A DNA stretch of 64,000 nt from Paragordius varius (Eukaryota; Animalia; Nematomorpha), in NCBI GenBank assembly GCA_964247055.1, contig OZ176055.1, forward strand, positions 9,238,001 through 9,302,000. The letters run 5' to 3'. Of this stretch, positions 52,147 to 64,000 are shown piece after piece; positions within the stretch are counted from its first letter, which is position 1, and the number at the start of each line of letters is the position of its first letter. The position numbers were made by a program, and so were the translations under genes. The notes beneath the pieces are model-generated. The model had not been told where the DNA came from and searched no databases. It worked only from the letters and a program-made list of their open reading frames with translations.

Positions 52147-53521
52147 TTACAACGAAAAAATGTATAAAAACTTGGTGTTATTATTATCACAAGTCTTTAT
52201 CTTTTGTTGATAACGTTGGTATTGGCTATCTGTGCCAAAAAGTTTATCCCACCAAACAAATGTTGACGAATAGTTTCCAACGAAATTCATGTGATGAAAA
52301 TCATGGAACCGAGCACCTAGAATCAAAAAATAAATTATCACCATTTTTTTTAAAAAATAATTTTCAAATCATTTTTATATTTCCTTATATTTACTTGTTA
52401 AAAAAGTTGTTAAAACAATTTTATGATAATTGTTTAATATCAAAAAAATCGCAAAATTAGCCTTCATTTGGCAATAATATAAATTAAAATGTAGTAAGAA
52501 AGAGAAAAACATACAAATGAAAAAATAAAACAAAAGAATAGGGAAAATCATTTGCAGTGTACTTTTAAAGAAAGTTTACTGTAATATTGGGCCACAAAAA
52601 AAGTCAAAATAAAATCCTAAACATAAAACTAATAAATTCTTACCAGCGTATCCAGGAATCAAGTGGAATGGATTCAAAAACCAAACATCATATCCACTAT
52701 GGACATCGATCGTTTCAAGCAGACGAAACAAAACCCAAACCCATAAAAGAATCATATGGGTTGTGAATGTTAGAATCCCGATAAAAAACCCCATCCCTAA
52801 AACTGTAGAAAAACGCTTAAAACATTAATAAAATATGAAATATTTTAAATGAGTTAAAATAAATTTTAAAAAAAACTTACCGAGCGTTTCAATAGGATGA
52901 GCATATTCAGCCACCATACCAAACGGTGCGCTAAATTTGTGATGAATTTTGTGGACGTGTTTATAAAGTTTTCTGTGATGCATTAGACGATGTACAAAGT
53001 AATGCCATGTATCTTCAATAAATGCGCACCCCAAAACTTGCAAACCAATTATATACCTAAAATTTAAATTGTCACATAATAAAAACCATCTTGGCATTTT
53101 TTCATATTCTAGTGGTATATTAAGGAATTCAACAAAATAATATGTGCCCATGATCAAAGGAAATTGAATACATAAATGATTAAACATTAATAATTTAAAA
53201 CAGTTCCATTGAGCATCTTTTGTTTCGCTAATATTCTAAAAACATTAAACAAGATGCGTACTTTTTGTATTTTAAATCTTTGCATAAAAGGAATAAATTG
53301 GAATAAAAAGGCTGGAAAGCAAATACCAAAATAAAGGATCTAAAAGTAACATTTTAACGATAAACTTCATGCACAAATAGCGATCCAAAAGTACAAATTT
53401 GCCATTTTGTATAGGTATTTAACATATTTTGCCATAATGATTCAAAAGTTTTAGCGAATGGATTTTCTGGGAAAAAATTTAAGATATTTTCTACGATAGG
53501 GATTTGATTTTGAAGAACCAT
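52147..53521 (-). CDS. MSMO1: Sterol C4-methyl oxidase (fatty acid hydroxylase superfamily); exons 53521-53366, 53339-53262, 53235-53087, 53056-52881, 52802-52644, 52316-52147; ~295 aa
   Basis: His boxes [38 protein letters not shown]; EYAHPIETL; introns of 26, 26, 30, 78 and 327 nt. Confidence 0.95.
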
Positions 53522-53618
53522 ATGGATTTATTTTTGAAATATACAGATGGGAGGTGTAAATAAAATAAATAAACATATGACACATTTACTCGCGGTTTAA
53601 TTTTAAATTTTGAAAAAT
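53522..53618. promoter_or_regulatory. Putative bidirectional promoter MSMO1/POLD1 (97 bp between start codons)
   Basis: Divergent ATGs at 53521 (-) and 53619 (+); TCGCGG core and TTTGAA near the POLD1 start. Confidence 0.7.

Positions 53619-64000
<10,382 letters not shown>

Overview
Very AT-rich eukaryotic, probably animal, genomic DNA (USF- and Id-type HLH genes). I reconstructed the gene models by hand from the sequence. Intact or near-intact genes: RPL23 (-), RPL27A (-), ATP23 (+), a divergent PKA-regulatory-subunit-like gene (-), CDK9 with a long His/Gly/Asn tail (+), an intronless Id/Emc-like HLH gene (+), two tandem copies of an unrecognised glycoprotein-like gene (first disrupted, second open), USF (-), MSMO1 (-) and the 5' part of POLD1 (+, runs off the window). 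The main architectural feature is a bimodal intron size distribution: about 20 introns of only 23-31 nt, and long introns (0.2-4.3 kb) often filled with MITEs. Several splice junctions appear non-canonical (GT..TG, TC..AG or GT..CA, GT..GG, GC..AG). Other content: a candidate intronic H/ACA snoRNA, two head-to-head gene pairs under 100 bp apart, a decayed hAT element with a perfect 8-bp TSD, RTE and Penelope-like fragments, a tRNA-derived SINE-like element, a Helitron-like element and several MITE families. The species cannot be determined from the window.
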